In this document: one piece after another, positions 40,058 to 52,755 of the stretch
Layout: each line of letters opens with the position of its first letter
Numbering within the stretch: position 1 is the first letter of the stretch
Origin: Cirrosporium novae-zelandiae
Taxonomy: Eukaryota
Assembly (NCBI GenBank): GCA_026023565.1
Contig: JAPETS010000014.1
Coordinates: 248,001 to 312,000, forward strand
DNA: 64,000 bases
Direction of reading: 5' to 3'
Notes under the pieces: generated by a model
What the model was told of the DNA's origin: nothing
Databases searched by the model: none
What the model saw: the letters and a program-made list of their open reading frames with translations, nothing else
Translations under genes and position numbers: made by a program

Positions 40058-43000
40058 ATGGATTCAACAGAAGCTGATGATCAATTCATCTTCTACGTCG
40101 GTCAGCATGAGGGCCAAAGAGCTCTACCTGTGACCGGCCAGGTTGTGCAACTGGCGCAAAAGTGCAACGTATGAAATATTCGTTCTCTATGCTGTATATC
40201 TACTAATTATGGATGCTTAGTATGATATGCTTACAACCCCAATCACAACCCCCTACTTCCACTCCAGAGTCCTTTCCCTACTCTCTTCATATCTCTCCCA
40301 GCAATCGGACCCAGATGGTGCAAGCTCAAAATTACCTACTTCATTCAACTGTTTCCCACTTATTGTGCCTCCACTTACCGCCGTGGATACACCATTAGTA
40401 CCTGATGACTCTAATTCTCAATTACTTGCAGTATCAAGCACATGGATAGATTTGTGCTCACCAGATCCCATGATTGCCGATATTTCCCGCCAGGTTCTTT
40501 ACCTAGAAGCAAATTATGCAGCCTTTTGTGGCTTTAATAATATAATCATACCTGGACCACGTTCTTATCATGGGAAGTTACAGACAAGTGGGCTGGTAAA
40601 ATATGCTCGTGCAATTGAAGAGGTCTTCAACATTGGTAACTATCTCCAAGTGGCCATCTGGATGCCCATAGCGGATATACAGGATCCTGAAGCGGAGAGC
40701 ATTATTGGAGACTTGGGACCTTTCGCAAGGGAACAATATCTGGATGAAATTGAAGATGAGAGACCAAAGAGGGTGGATCTATTCGGCTCGTGGGATTCGT
40801 GGAATGTGATCAGGACAATGTGTAAATACAATGCTCGACTGTTTGTAGGTAAGAAAATGCAAAATTCAATGTTTACTATATGTTCGCGAAGCGCAATGTC
40901 ATCTTTTCTATCTCTCAATTTCTATCATGCTCAAGATGAAGTATGATTGTTACAATATGGGAAATGAAATATATTTCCCTCTAAATGCTCTTCTGGAGGT
41001 ATTCTGACCATCTCTTGGTTGCGTATATACGATTCAATGCCTGCATGCTAACGGTTTTTCCATAACAGCCTTATCCCTCCCACGTCATCTCCCACCTATG
41101 CCAATTCAATCTCGCTGGTACTCGGAACCTCTCCGCTTCCTTTCACTCACAACCCGCGATTTCCAAAAGAATAAGAAAGGCTATCCCGTTCTTTCTCCCT
41201 CCCATCAAAGTCTAATCACTCGCTACATGCGCCTGCGCAGCCCACCCTGGGTTCTTCTCTGCGATGTTGGTCCCATTCCGCTTCTAAACCCTCAAGCAAT
41301 TCCCATCTCGAATAGCGCGGTGTCAAGCACAATTCTTGAGCCCAATACCACCGTCAACCCTACACCCTCCGAAGCTTCACACTCCGCACATACAAAGAAG
41401 ATGAAAGATCCCACTCCCCACCTGACCTATATCCGCCACCTTCAAAAGATACAGCCCCCTCGTGATCCTTTGGAGAAATTTGCTGCTGGTTTCCAAGATT
41501 ATCTTCAAGCACCCCTCCAGCCACTCACCGACAACCTCGAAAGCATCACGTACGAGGTTTTTGAGAAGGACCCCATCAAATACGATTGGTACGAGCACGC
41601 CATTGCTCGTGCCCTTCAGGATTGGATTGAACTGGGCAAACACGCTTCGAGTCCCGATGGAAAAATCGTCGTCGCAGTTGTAGGAGCAGGAAGGGGGCCC
41701 CTAGTTACAAGGGCGTTGAAAGCGAGTCAATCTGTTGGTGTGGCGATTGAACTATGGGCTGTGGAGAAGAATCCTAATGCATTTGTCCTACTGCAAAGGC
41801 ACAATGAACAAGATTGGAACCATCGTGTAAATCTCGTGAAATCGGATATGCGGTCCTGGAAGGGCCCTGTTCGGTCCATCTCACACCCTCAACCATTTTC
41901 ACCACAAAGTCCGACAAAGGGAACGGTCTCCCAGCCTCCTTTAACTGAGCCTGATCCTCCTATAATAATTGGGCAAGCAACTACGACAGGCACATCTCCA
42001 ACTTCTTCCGTATATGCACCTACACTACGCCCATCGACTACGCAAACAGCGGCAACGAGCACCACATCCCCTACAGCTTCGGAAATTCATGGAGAGGCGC
42101 TTATCGCATCTGCTCCCTCTCTTCCATCTATTTCTACAACCATACTTCCTACCGTAATGCCTTTACAGACATCCCAAGTTCAACACACACCAATCGATAT
42201 CCTCGTGTCTGAACTCCTTGGCAGTTTCGGAGACAACGAACTTAGTCCCGAATGCCTAGACGGAGTAGCCCCCTTACTAAACCCAGACTACGGGATCTCA
42301 ATCCCAAGCTCATATACCGCATTTATATCCCCAATCTCTGCGCCAAAGCTTCACGCAGATATTGCTACGAGAACTAGTCATGACGCTACCGCTCCAGAAA
42401 CACCGTACGTAGTAATGCTACACGCCATCGACTTTCTTTCCACCTCTCCATCTCTACCTCTACCTTCAATGCCTCCCGCTGCCGGAGGAGCAGGAGCAGG
42501 AGGCGCATCCTCATATGCAGCCGCAGCTGCAGCAGGAAACCGCACCGTCACCACCACCCCCCCACCCCAACCGCATAAGCCCAACATCCTTCCAACATGG
42601 ACCTTCAATCACCCGACCCTACACCCCCTCCTTGAATCCAACGTTCACAACGAACGATTTAGTCACCTACGCTTCCGCTGCCAAAACCGCGGTGTATGCC
42701 ACGGCCTCGCAGGGTATTTCGAATCCGTCTTATACGCTAGTCCGCCCGAGTCCAAAATACCCGCCAACCAAAAACAAAAACTCCAACAGAACAAAACAAA
42801 ATTCCCAAATCTAAACCAGCCCCCAGAAACCCCTATCGAACTCTCCACAAATCCCCTAACCATGGATAAAAAATCGAAAGATATGATATCCTGGTTCCCG
42901 ATCTTCTTTCCGCTAAAAGTACGTAGCCTTCCTCCACATCCCCATCCCACCCAACTTCCCTAGCAACCGTTCTTAGGCACTCAACCTAGCCCCCCAAACT

Positions 43001-43215
43001 AACATCATGCAAAAAAACAGACCCCCCTCTCCTTCCCCGACAACAGCATCCTCGAAACAAGCATGTGGCGCCAAACCGACGGCCGAAAAGTCTGGTATGA
43101 ATGGATGGTCGAGGTGTTCGGACCACCTGCTGCTCCTGATTCTAATGGTAAAGGCAAAGTTAGGTTAGGTGGATCCGAGCTGCATAGCAGTAGGAAGGGG
43201 GCTTGTATGATGTGA
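40058..43215 (+). CDS. HSL7: Type II protein arginine methyltransferase PRMT5 (Hsl7/Skb1); 4 exons
   Basis: TIM-barrel N-terminus, DYLQAPLQPLTDNLESITYEVFEKDPIKY, VVGAGRGPLV, VEKNPNA, VSELLGSFGDNELSPECL, SWFPIFFPLK and KVWYEW; introns ~40169-40220, ~40848-41068 and ~42919-43020. Confidence 0.95.
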
Positions 43216-44204
43216 TGCGATACGATGTTATGGGTTAAATTGAGAGAATGGAATATGATGATGTGAACGAGGAAATAAAGGGAAAGGAAAGGCTGTGAGC
43301 AAGGAAGGGAGGTGAGGATAGGGTATATGGTATCTGGAATAAATGGATGAGATAGTGCAACCTTGGATTGGATTGGATTGTGTGTATTTTTTTCTAATTA
43401 CTGTCGTTATGGTTATGGTTATGGATAGATTGATCAATCGAGTGGAGAGGAAGAAGAAGAAGAATGGAGAGGGTTAGAATACAGTAATCACCAACATAAA
43501 GCCAGTCATTCTCCCCCTCGCTACCACTCCCTCAAAGTATATATCTCTCTCTCTAATTCCATATATTTCCCCTAACCTAGCTAATAAACACCCAGTACAA
43601 TAAATACTGTAGTAATACCCCCAACTAAAAAACATTAAATACCCAGACATAATAATAATAATAATTATCCAAGCCAAATAAATAACCCCCATCTTTGAAA
43701 ACCCCCTCCCTTCCTTGTATATCTATTAACCAGCCCTTCATCATCAACCAAAAACCAAAAACCCGAAAATCGGAGCGGCAACGCACGCCCGCCGGGGGGG
43801 CCGGGGGGGGTGTTCTTTTTTTCTTATCGGAAAGAGGATAATTAATGTTGTTAATTACCCAATTATTTCCATGACGCATGCGCTTTCTATCATGCATGCA
43901 TGTACTGTAACATTTCAATCCACTCATTCCTTTATCAAAAATCCTCAAGTACCTAAGTAGTTAATTATTAGATAACTAGACTAAGCTAATAGGCTAATAA
44001 TCTTCAAATCGGATTTTACTTTCGTAAGACTAACAGAGATGTCTTTCTTATTAATTACATAAATAAGCACACAATTCATACCAAGCTACATTGTTTTTTG
44101 TTTGCGGATAGAACAATAAAAAGAGGTACATTATTAATATAGCGCTTCTTTGATTTATAAACCCCCCACTACCCTTCATACGCATACATACACACAAAGC
44201 GATA

Positions 44205-45161
44205 ATGCCCCACCACCTTCCCCTCCGAATCGCGGTCTTGGAAGCAGATACGCCACTCCCGCGTACACGTGCCAAGCACGGTGGCTATGGAGGTGTGTTC
44301 ACATCGCTTCTGAAATCGGGAGCGGATGTGCTGGGACGGGAGGGTCTGAGTTCGAAAAAAGGATTGGAGATTTCGAGGTGGGATGTTGTGTATGAGCAGG
44401 TTTATCCCGAGATTGGGGAAATAGATGCGGTTTTGATTACGGGGTCGAGTATGTGGGTTTCATTTTTTATTTTTTTATTATTTTTATGGGGGGAGGGGTT
44501 GATTTTAGTTTTAGTTTTGGTTTTGGTATTGATATTTTATATATAACAGAACACAATTCCTTCGATGACGAACCTTGGATTTTGAAGCTGGTGGAGTTTA
44601 TCAAGGAGATCTTGGCTCAGGATCGCGTGAGGATTGTTGGGGTTTGCTTTGGGCATCAAATCCTTGGGCGGGCTTTGGGGGCCAAGGTTGCCAGGAGTGA
44701 GGTCGGGTGGGAGACGAGTGTTTGTGGGGTTGATTTGACTGAGAAGGGGAAGGAGGTTTTTGGGCTGGATAAGCTGGTATGTGTGTGACTTTTTTGTTTT
44801 CTTATAGCGGAGAGGTGGCCCTTGGTGCTTGATACGGTATTAGTGGGGGTTGCGCTAACGCGTGGTGTAGAGTCTTCATCAAATGCATCGGGATATCGTA
44901 TACGAGTATCCGGAGGGTGTTCAGGATCTTGGGGAATCGGATCGATGTAAGGTCCAGGCCATGTATGTGCCCAGGAAGTTCATCAGTGTTCAAGGACACC
45001 CGGAGTTCAATGGGGAGATCATGAACGAGTTGCTTGAGTCAAGACATGCGCAAGGGATTTTTGATGATAAAACGTTTGAGGACTCTATGGGGCGGGCCAA
45101 GAACCATCACGATGGTGTTGCTGTTGCGGCGGCATTCTTGAGATTCCTCCTCGATGATTGA
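44205..45161 (+). CDS. Class I glutamine amidotransferase-like protein; 3 exons
   Basis: LITGS, nucleophile elbow GVCFGHQI and QGHPEF give the Cys-His-Glu triad. Confidence 0.92.
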
Positions 45162-45283
45162 TGAAGACTAGACAGTATGATAGACGATAAACAGCGTTAA
45201 ATATAGCACTTATCCAATTCCGGCCTGTTAACCTGCAAACGCAGCATTTCGATCAGGGCAAATATTGTTCCAAGGATATTTTA

Positions 45284-45871
45284 TCAGCTCTGGTCGTCTC
45301 TCTCAAGGAAGCCAGGGTCATTGTCAATCCTCCTCTCGAACTTAGCCCACCAATCCTGAAAGCTCTTCAATGGCACAACCTCATTCCCACCAGGCCCCCC
45401 AGCAAAACTCGACAGAAAATTGAAGGCATTCTGGATAATACGTTGGGCGAGTATTTTCGTCGAAGGCGGTCTTGTCGTCAGAGCTGTAGAATTGACCGAT
45501 TTCTCTTGCTGCAAAGCATCCAGCTGGGCTGCAATATTTCCGATTGGCTCGACTGATATGCCCAAAGTAATGTCTCCTGCCATTGGCATAGTTCCGTCCA
45601 TCATGCCATTATTACTTCCTGGGAGGTAGACCTTAAAAATTGCACTTGGCTTTTCATTCGCAATAGCACCGAGGAACTTGAAGTCTGGGGAACCAGGAAA
45701 CTGGATATAGACGGCGGCAGCGGTATCGTTAGGCAAGGCATTTCCTGGTAACAGGAAGACAACGATATGCGAAAAGGAGGGGGTTGTCGGGATTGCAAAA
45801 GCGAATTGTGTCGGGGAAATGGTCACTAGGTTGGTTTGAACAGGACGTCCTGCGACAATTGATCCAAACAT
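45284..45871 (-). CDS. OPI10: Hikeshi/OPI10 family protein (DUF775)
   Basis: MFGSIVAGRPV, HIVVFLLP, FLGAIANEKPSAIFK, IIQNAFNFLSSF and VPLKSFQDWWAKFERRI. Confidence 0.9.
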   Translation of the reverse strand: MFGSIVAGRPVQTNLVTISPTQFAFAIPTTPSFSHIVVFLLPGNALPNDTAAAVYIQFPGSPDFKFLGAIANEKPSAIFKVYLPGSNNGMMDGTMPMAGDITLGISVEPIGNIAAQLDALQQEKSVNSTALTTRPPSTKILAQRIIQNAFNFLSSFAGGPGGNEVVPLKSFQDWWAKFERRIDNDPGFLERDDQS

Positions 45872-46264
45872 AATGATTTGAATGCGATAATATATATTTA
45901 TATATAGGTTAGGAGTAGTCTGCTATTCTGAAAATCAGCAGCTATATTGAGGGTTATTAAGTATAATCAAATTGCGAGAAGAGCTCATTGTGCGACAGAA
46001 TCATTTTTAAGTCATTGAACGTTCCTCAATGGACGGAACGAGAGTGTTCGAGAATCAAAAAGATCACAGAGACAATGGGTTTGTTGCCAAGCTTTTGCAT
46101 TCTCTCAAACTCTCACGCTGTTCACCTCCAACAATTCATCGAGGATCAAAGAAATATCGTACTGTACAAATGAGATCTCACACAATGACACAATTAAAGA
46201 TTGCCGCTTGAAGATTGATATTTGGCCATTCATGTCCTCTAAGTAAGAGTTGCCCCGCTCGTTC

Positions 46265-46343
46265 ACCGAGGAACTGCTAGGCCTCGGTTCCAAACCCCAG
46301 GATCAGTGCGAGGGGTCTCCCAAAGCCATATTGTGGGGTTTGG
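46265..46343. promoter_or_regulatory. Inverted pair of CCGAGG/CCTCGG (FarA/FarB-type) sites and inverted pair of SYGGRG (CreA-type) sites
   Basis: ACCGAGG 46265-46271 with CCTCGGT 46282-46288, and CCCCAG 46295-46300 with GTGGGG 46333-46338, about 130-210 nt upstream of the SDR start codon. Confidence 0.55.
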
Positions 46344-46474
46344 GAAGACATTTCCACGCTCTCTAAGCTGTCTCTTCTTCTAACATGTAGAATCTTTGGT
46401 TGTTTTATTCTTTACTGATACTAATTCAATAAAAATCCCCCTTCAAACCATTCAACCACTTGTTAACCAATATA

Positions 46475-47684
46475 ATGACTTCAGGAGCCAAGCAGCGACT
46501 TCAGCTGCTCAGTGAACAGCTACAGCGACCTTTTGAAGACCCTGGAACCTTTGAGGATATTCCTAAACTTCGGCATATTGCTGGAGATTCTGCTGGCCAG
46601 TAAGGTTCCTCTTTGATACCCTAATATGGAATCACACTTAAAGGAATATCATATGCAGGCGAGTGAAGGGGAAGGTTGTAATCATCACTGGTATGTGTAT
46701 CAATCTGCACCTCTCTTTCTCATATTTATATCCTGTTAGGTGCCAATTCCCCTCTTGGTATCGGTCGAGCTAGTGCACATCAGTTCGCCCATAATGGAGC
46801 TCGTGCCGTCTATATATGCGACTTTTCTGATAATTATCTCTCCGTTCATCAACGAGAGCTTCAATCTCTATACCCTGATGTCGATATCCATACCCGTCAA
46901 TTCGATGCTGGAAGTGAGGAACACATAAAAGCCGTCGTTAATGAAGCAATCGAGAAATATGGGAGACTCGACATAATGTTTGCCAATGCGGGAATAGTTG
47001 GACAGCCCAAGATATTTACAGATGTGACAGGTGAAGAATTTATGAGGACTATGAAGACTAATGCGTTGAGGTTTCAGTTGCCATCTTGATACCCAAGTGT
47101 ACTGGCTCACATCCTTTTCGCAGCGTTTTTTTGGCCACTAAATATGCCGCCAAGGCTATGGCCAAAACTTCCAAGGAAAAACCATACCCAGGAGGTTCAA
47201 TCATTGCGACTGCTTCTGTTGCTGGACTACGTTCTAATGCTGGATCAAGTCTGATAATTTCTGCTTCATGGTTGAACAAGTATTGCTGACCATAATATAG
47301 CTGATTACTCTGCCTCTAAAGCCGCCGTGATATCAATCATGCAGACGACATGCTATCAAGTAGCCGGTCTTGGCATACGATGTAATGCAATTTGCCCAGG
47401 GGTCATCGAGACGGGTAGCTATGGTTCTTGTCTTAAAAACGATATGGCAACTTATTTATCAATCAGGAATGACCGCTCCGATGTATGAAGCCGCCAGAAG
47501 TCGTGGAACCGAGAAAAAGATCGGACAGCTGTGTCCATTACAAAGAGGGGCAGTAGCAGACGAAGTTGCAAGAGTAGCATTATTCCTAGGGAGTGATGAA
47601 GCTAGCTATGTCAACGGTCAATCTTGGGCTGTTTGCGGTGGGCTGAGTGCAGGACATCCGGTGGTACCGGGTAAGCTGGCATGA
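46475..47684 (+). CDS. Classical short-chain dehydrogenase/reductase (FabG-like) with N-terminal PTS2; 6 exons
   Basis: Spliced product contains IITGANSPLGIG, DIMFANAG, TASVAG, YSASK (YxxxK), NAICPGVIETGM and ASYVNGQ; N-terminus KQRLQLLSEQL. Confidence 0.9.
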
Positions 47685-48268
47685 TTGGAGTCTTATTAGA
47701 GATGAATTGCTACTGTATGATTCAATATACTATTGAAAATGCGAGTAGATAATTCTCCAAAGGCCGTCTTGTTCTTGGCCCAAATAGGTTGAATAGGTTG
47801 AATAGCTTGTCAGACTTGACTTCGGGTGTCGGACCATTTACGGAGTCTTGGCAATTGAAACAAAAAGCTCGGATGGGGGGAATGGGGGATCGACTACTTT
47901 CTTTCGAATAAAACACGAGATCAACAAGCACAAGCCAATAATTCCATGCAGCTCATATTTGGCTACTATTGCAAATCCACGTTAATTGACAGCGACCAAG
48001 ATTGTTCCTGAATATAGGCCCCGCACTTTAAATCCTCAAGATATGATTGATGGAAAATGACCTTGAAACCTCACCCCTCTAATTTACCCTTGTTCTCCCT
48101 CATTTTGACCTCAATTCTTTCAGGTCCATCAACCATCTCCAGAAGATGGTTCACCATAATATCCATTGTCTCAAAATTCCCTATGCTTAAAAGCCTCATC
48201 ATGGCCCTACAAGGGCGAATGCTGGCATCCATGCACTTTCATTGTCAAAAAATATTACTTTCATTAAC

Positions 48269-51200
48269 ATGCAGCTGCTAAACTTCCTCCAGCTTTTTAC
48301 TTTGTTTATTTATACCATCAGGGCAACAAGTAATGGCTTAACTGATGTCGTCACTTGGGACCCCTACAGTCTCTTGATAAATGACGAGAGAGTATTCATT
48401 TACTCGGGGGAATTTCACTATGCACGGCTGCCTGTGCCTGAATTATGGCTTGTGAGCTTTTTGGTTGTTGCTATTATATCAACTATGACGTTGACTATTT
48501 CTAGGATGTGTTCCAAAAGTTCAAAGCTAATGGCCTGAATTCTATTAGGTAAGTCATCCAGTTAACATTTCATCAATAAACGAGACCTGATAATTGTTTA
48601 GCATCTACTTCTTCTGGTCATATCATTCCCCCTCCAAGGGTGTCTTTGACTTCGAAAATGGTGCAAAGGACGTGCAACGAGTGCTAGATTATGCCAAAGA
48701 GGCTGGCCTATATGTCATTGCAAGGCCTGGCCCGTACACTAACGCAGAAACAAATGGTGGAGGGTTAGCTTTGTGGACAAGTGATGGGGTTAGTCCGGAA
48801 AATTGAGCTTCAATGACTACATGTTGACGGGCAATTAGTCTGGAGGCAAACTACGTACAAGCAACGAGACCTATCATCAGGCATGGCTTCCTTGGCAGAC
48901 GAAAATCAGCAATATTTTGGCCAAGAATCAGATTACGAATGGAGGTGTAAGTAGTCATCAACAAGCTATCTATCTACAATTCTAACAAATATGGCAGCCT
49001 GTGGTTCTCTTGCAGATAGAGAATGAGCTTCAGGAAACATCCCACAAAGCCGATAATACACGTGTGCTTTACATGGAACAAATTGAGAATGCAACTCGAG
49101 ATGCCGGTATAGTAGTCCCTTTCACCAGCAATGAGAAAGGAATGCGGTCACAAAGTTGGTCCGTAGATTACGAAAATGTTGGGGGAGCCGTCGACATATA
49201 TGGGCTGGATTCTTATCCTGGTGAGCGACTCTTAGAATATTTCTTTTCAATATCTAATATGTTTAAGGTGGCATGAGCTGCACGAATGTCAACTCAGGAT
49301 TTAGCTTGGTCCGCACATATTATCAGTGGTTCCAAAGCTACTCCTATTCGCAACCGGAGTTTATACCCGAGTTTGAGGCTGGTTGGTATAGTGCATGGGG
49401 AGGCTCATTCTACGATGATTGTAGTTCGGAGCTCAACCCTGAATTCATTGATGTGTATTACAAAAACAACATCGCACAAAGGCTTACTCTCATAAACCTT
49501 TATAGTAGGTCCTATACCAAACTAGGGAATATAATTAATACTGACTTGGATAGTGGCTTTCGGTGGGACTAACTGGGGGCATTTAGCTGCCCCTGTTGTC
49601 TATACAAGTTACGACTATTCTGCACCACTGCGAGAGACCCGAGAAATAAGATCTAAGCTTTCTCAAGTAAAACTACTTGGTCTCTTTCTCCGAGTATCGA
49701 CTGATTTATTGAAAACTTATATGGTTGGGAACGGTACTGGATATGCTACTAATACATCTGATATCTATACCTGGGAACTTCGGAATCCTGACACAAATTC
49801 AGCTTTCTATACAACTCAACATGCGACTTCAAGCTCTAGAGTTTCGACTACATTCTCGGTCACGGTCAATACTACAGCCGGAAATATTACAATTCCAAAC
49901 GTCAACCTGAACGGACGCCAAAGCAAGATTTTAGTTACTGATTACACTTTTGGGAACCATAGTCTCTTATACTGTTCGGCTGACATTCTAACTTACGGAA
50001 ATTTTGACAATGATGTACTGGTCCTTTACCTTGATGAGGGTCAGGTTGGAGACTTTGCTTTCAAGAAAACTTCGTCCAATTTGACATGGAACGTGTACGG
50101 CACTTCTGTTGGTTTGTCGGAGAGCTACGTCAACGCTACCTCCTCAACGACGCTCATCAGGAAATTTACCTACACTCAGGGTGATGGAGAAACGGTAGTC
50201 AAATTCAGCAACGGGGTCCTTCTTTATTTACTCGATCGTGCAACCGCATACACCTTCTGGGCACCTCCCACAACCACGGACCCGAAAGTAGATGCTAGCG
50301 AACAAATCTTCATCCTCGGTCCTTATCTAGTCAGAAATGCATCCATTTCCAGCGGCGTCGTTTCGATCTCTGGTGACAACGCAAACACCACTTCGATCGA
50401 GATCTACACGGGCAATTCCCAAGCCTCTTCGATAGAATGGAACGGCCAAGCCCTCAGTATCACCAAAACCAAATACGGCAGTCTTATCGGCACAGTGCCA
50501 GGTGCCTCATCTCGAAATATTACCCTCCCCTCCCTCGCCAACTGGAAAGTACACGACTCTCTCCCCGAACTCTCATCCACCTACAATGACTCGGCATGGC
50601 CACTGGTCAACCACACGACCACTCTCTCCCCGATCAGCCCACTGTCCTACCCCGTCCTCTTCGCCTCTGACTACGGCTACTATAACGGCATAAAAGTATA
50701 CCGGGCCCTCTTCAACGCCAACGACAACCTCACCTCCCTAACGCTGTCCGCCCAAAACGGCAAAGCAGCCGGCTGGAACGCGTGGATAAACGGTGCCCTA
50801 GCCGCCTCCGCCCCCGGCGATGCAGACACTCTCACCCAATCCATCATCATCGACTTAACATCAACAAACCTAACTCTCAAAGAAGAAGACAATCTCCTAA
50901 CCGTCCTTTGCGACTACACCGGCCACGACGAAACTTCCACAAGCCAGGGAGTCGAAAACCCCCGCGGCCTCACCGGCGCAATTTTCTCCCCCTCGACCAC
51001 AAATTTCACAAGCATCCGCATCCGCGGCGCCGCAGGCGAAGGACCCTCCCCCACAGTCGTAGATTCCATCCGCGGACCCATGAATGAAGGTGGCCTCTAT
51101 GCCGAACGCCTTGGCTGGCATCTCCCCGGCTTCCCAACCACGTCCTGGGAATCCGGATCCCCGTTAACCGGCCTCTCATCCTCCGGCGTAAATTTCTACG

Positions 51201-51553
51201 TCACGACCTTCAATCTCTCAATTGATTCGGACCTAGACGTACCCATCGGGATCCAGCTCTCCGCCCCCGCAGACTCGGTTCTCAGAGCCCAGCTGTTTGT
51301 CAATGGGTACCAGTACGGGAAATATGTCCCGCATATCGGGCCGCAGAGTGTGTTTCCGATCCCACCGGGCGTGCTAAACACGAGGGGTAAGAATACGCTG
51401 GCGTTGAGTCTGTGGGCGCAGACGGATGCGGGGGCTCAGTTGGATGGGGTGGAGCTTGTGGAGTATGGAAGGTATGTGAGTGGATTTGGGTTTGGGGAGG
51501 ATTGGAGTTATTTGAGGCCTGAGTATGAGGGAGGGAGAGAGAAGTTTGCTTAG
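48269..51553 (+). CDS. Secreted GH35 beta-galactosidase; 7 exons
   Basis: Signal peptide, [25 protein letters not shown] (acid/base), PEFEAGW (nucleophile), [18 protein letters not shown] and [20 protein letters not shown]. Confidence 0.95.
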
Positions 51554-51835
51554 AGGGATTTTTTGGGGGGCTAGAGAGGATGGGTGGGTATGGGGGAGGG
51601 TGTGGTTGGTTTGTGTGATTATTATTTTGGTTTGATAGTATGTGTATATGTATATTGCAGACTATTTTGAGAGCCTCATACAGTGAGGCCTAGACTATTC
51701 TACCGCCTAGATTAAATGGGGCATCAGCGCTGCAGTTTGCACCGCAGGTTCTACAGTGAAAACCTTAGGCTTACCAATCTTCACACCAACCTCCCCTATA
51801 CAGTCCTACCAAGGTCTCCCCTTTCCAGTACTCAT

Positions 51836-52755
51836 TCACTCATGCAGCACCCCTCTCAAACCCCAAACCCACATCCCAACCGCACACGCAACCGCCGTCC
51901 CCGCACTAGCCAACCCAGCAACGATCCAATAATCCTTCCTCCCCAACGCCCCCCTCACGACCACCTCCGCATCCTTCACCCACAACACTTTTTCCCCGTG
52001 GTCCCTCCGGGCGGTTTTCAAACCCGTAAGTCCATCCAGGGAATCATGGTTCCATTCGGCCTGGTAGGCGTGAAGCTGGTTCGTGGCGACTTTTTTCGAG
52101 GCCCAGTGGCCCATTGTTTCGCGGTCGCGTAGGTAAGGGGAACCGGTTGGGGTGAGGGTTAGGAGGGGCACGCCGTAGCCGCAGGATGTTTGGACCTGTG
52201 ATTGTGGATTTTTTTCTTAGAAGGATAAGGAGGAGGGGACAGGGAGGGGGGAGTTATTTAGTTAGGAAGCAATCTATGCGCGATGCATCCATACCTTAAA
52301 AATATCCAAAACAATAACTGCTCTCGCGCCCTCAACCTTCTTCCCCCCCATCCTCCCCAACAGTTTTTGAAATTCCAGTTGATCCCACTCGACTACCCGT
52401 CCCGTGCAGAATAGCCTCATGATACGGGGACTAGCCTCGAAGGAGCAGAACATGATTGTGATACGGCCATTTTCGTAGATGTGGCTGATGGTTTCGCAGC
52501 CGGAGCCTGTGGCATCGATGTAGGCGGCTAGGTTCGGGGTAAAGATCGTGAAGGTGCTGGAGGGGAGACCTTTGGGAGAGATGTTTATGTGTTTTCCGGT
52601 TGTGGGGGCTGAGGCCGTGAAGAAAACCTAGGAGTTGGGTGTGGTGAGTGAGTGGGTTGGAATGGAAAATTGGGAGGGAGGGGGGGGGGGCTTACTGGCT
52701 GGTCTAGCATCCAGTCCCGAAGGTTGTCGGGGACGGAGTCGTAGTATTTGACCAT
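51836..52755 (-). CDS. Pyridoxamine 5'-phosphate oxidase-like FMN-binding protein; 3 exons
   Basis: MVKYYDSVPDNLRDWMLDQP|VFFTASAPTTGKHINISPKG...DATGSGCETISHIYENGRITIMFCSF...|VQTSCGYGVP...WNHDSLDGLTGL, with a C-terminal TM helix. Confidence 0.88.
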
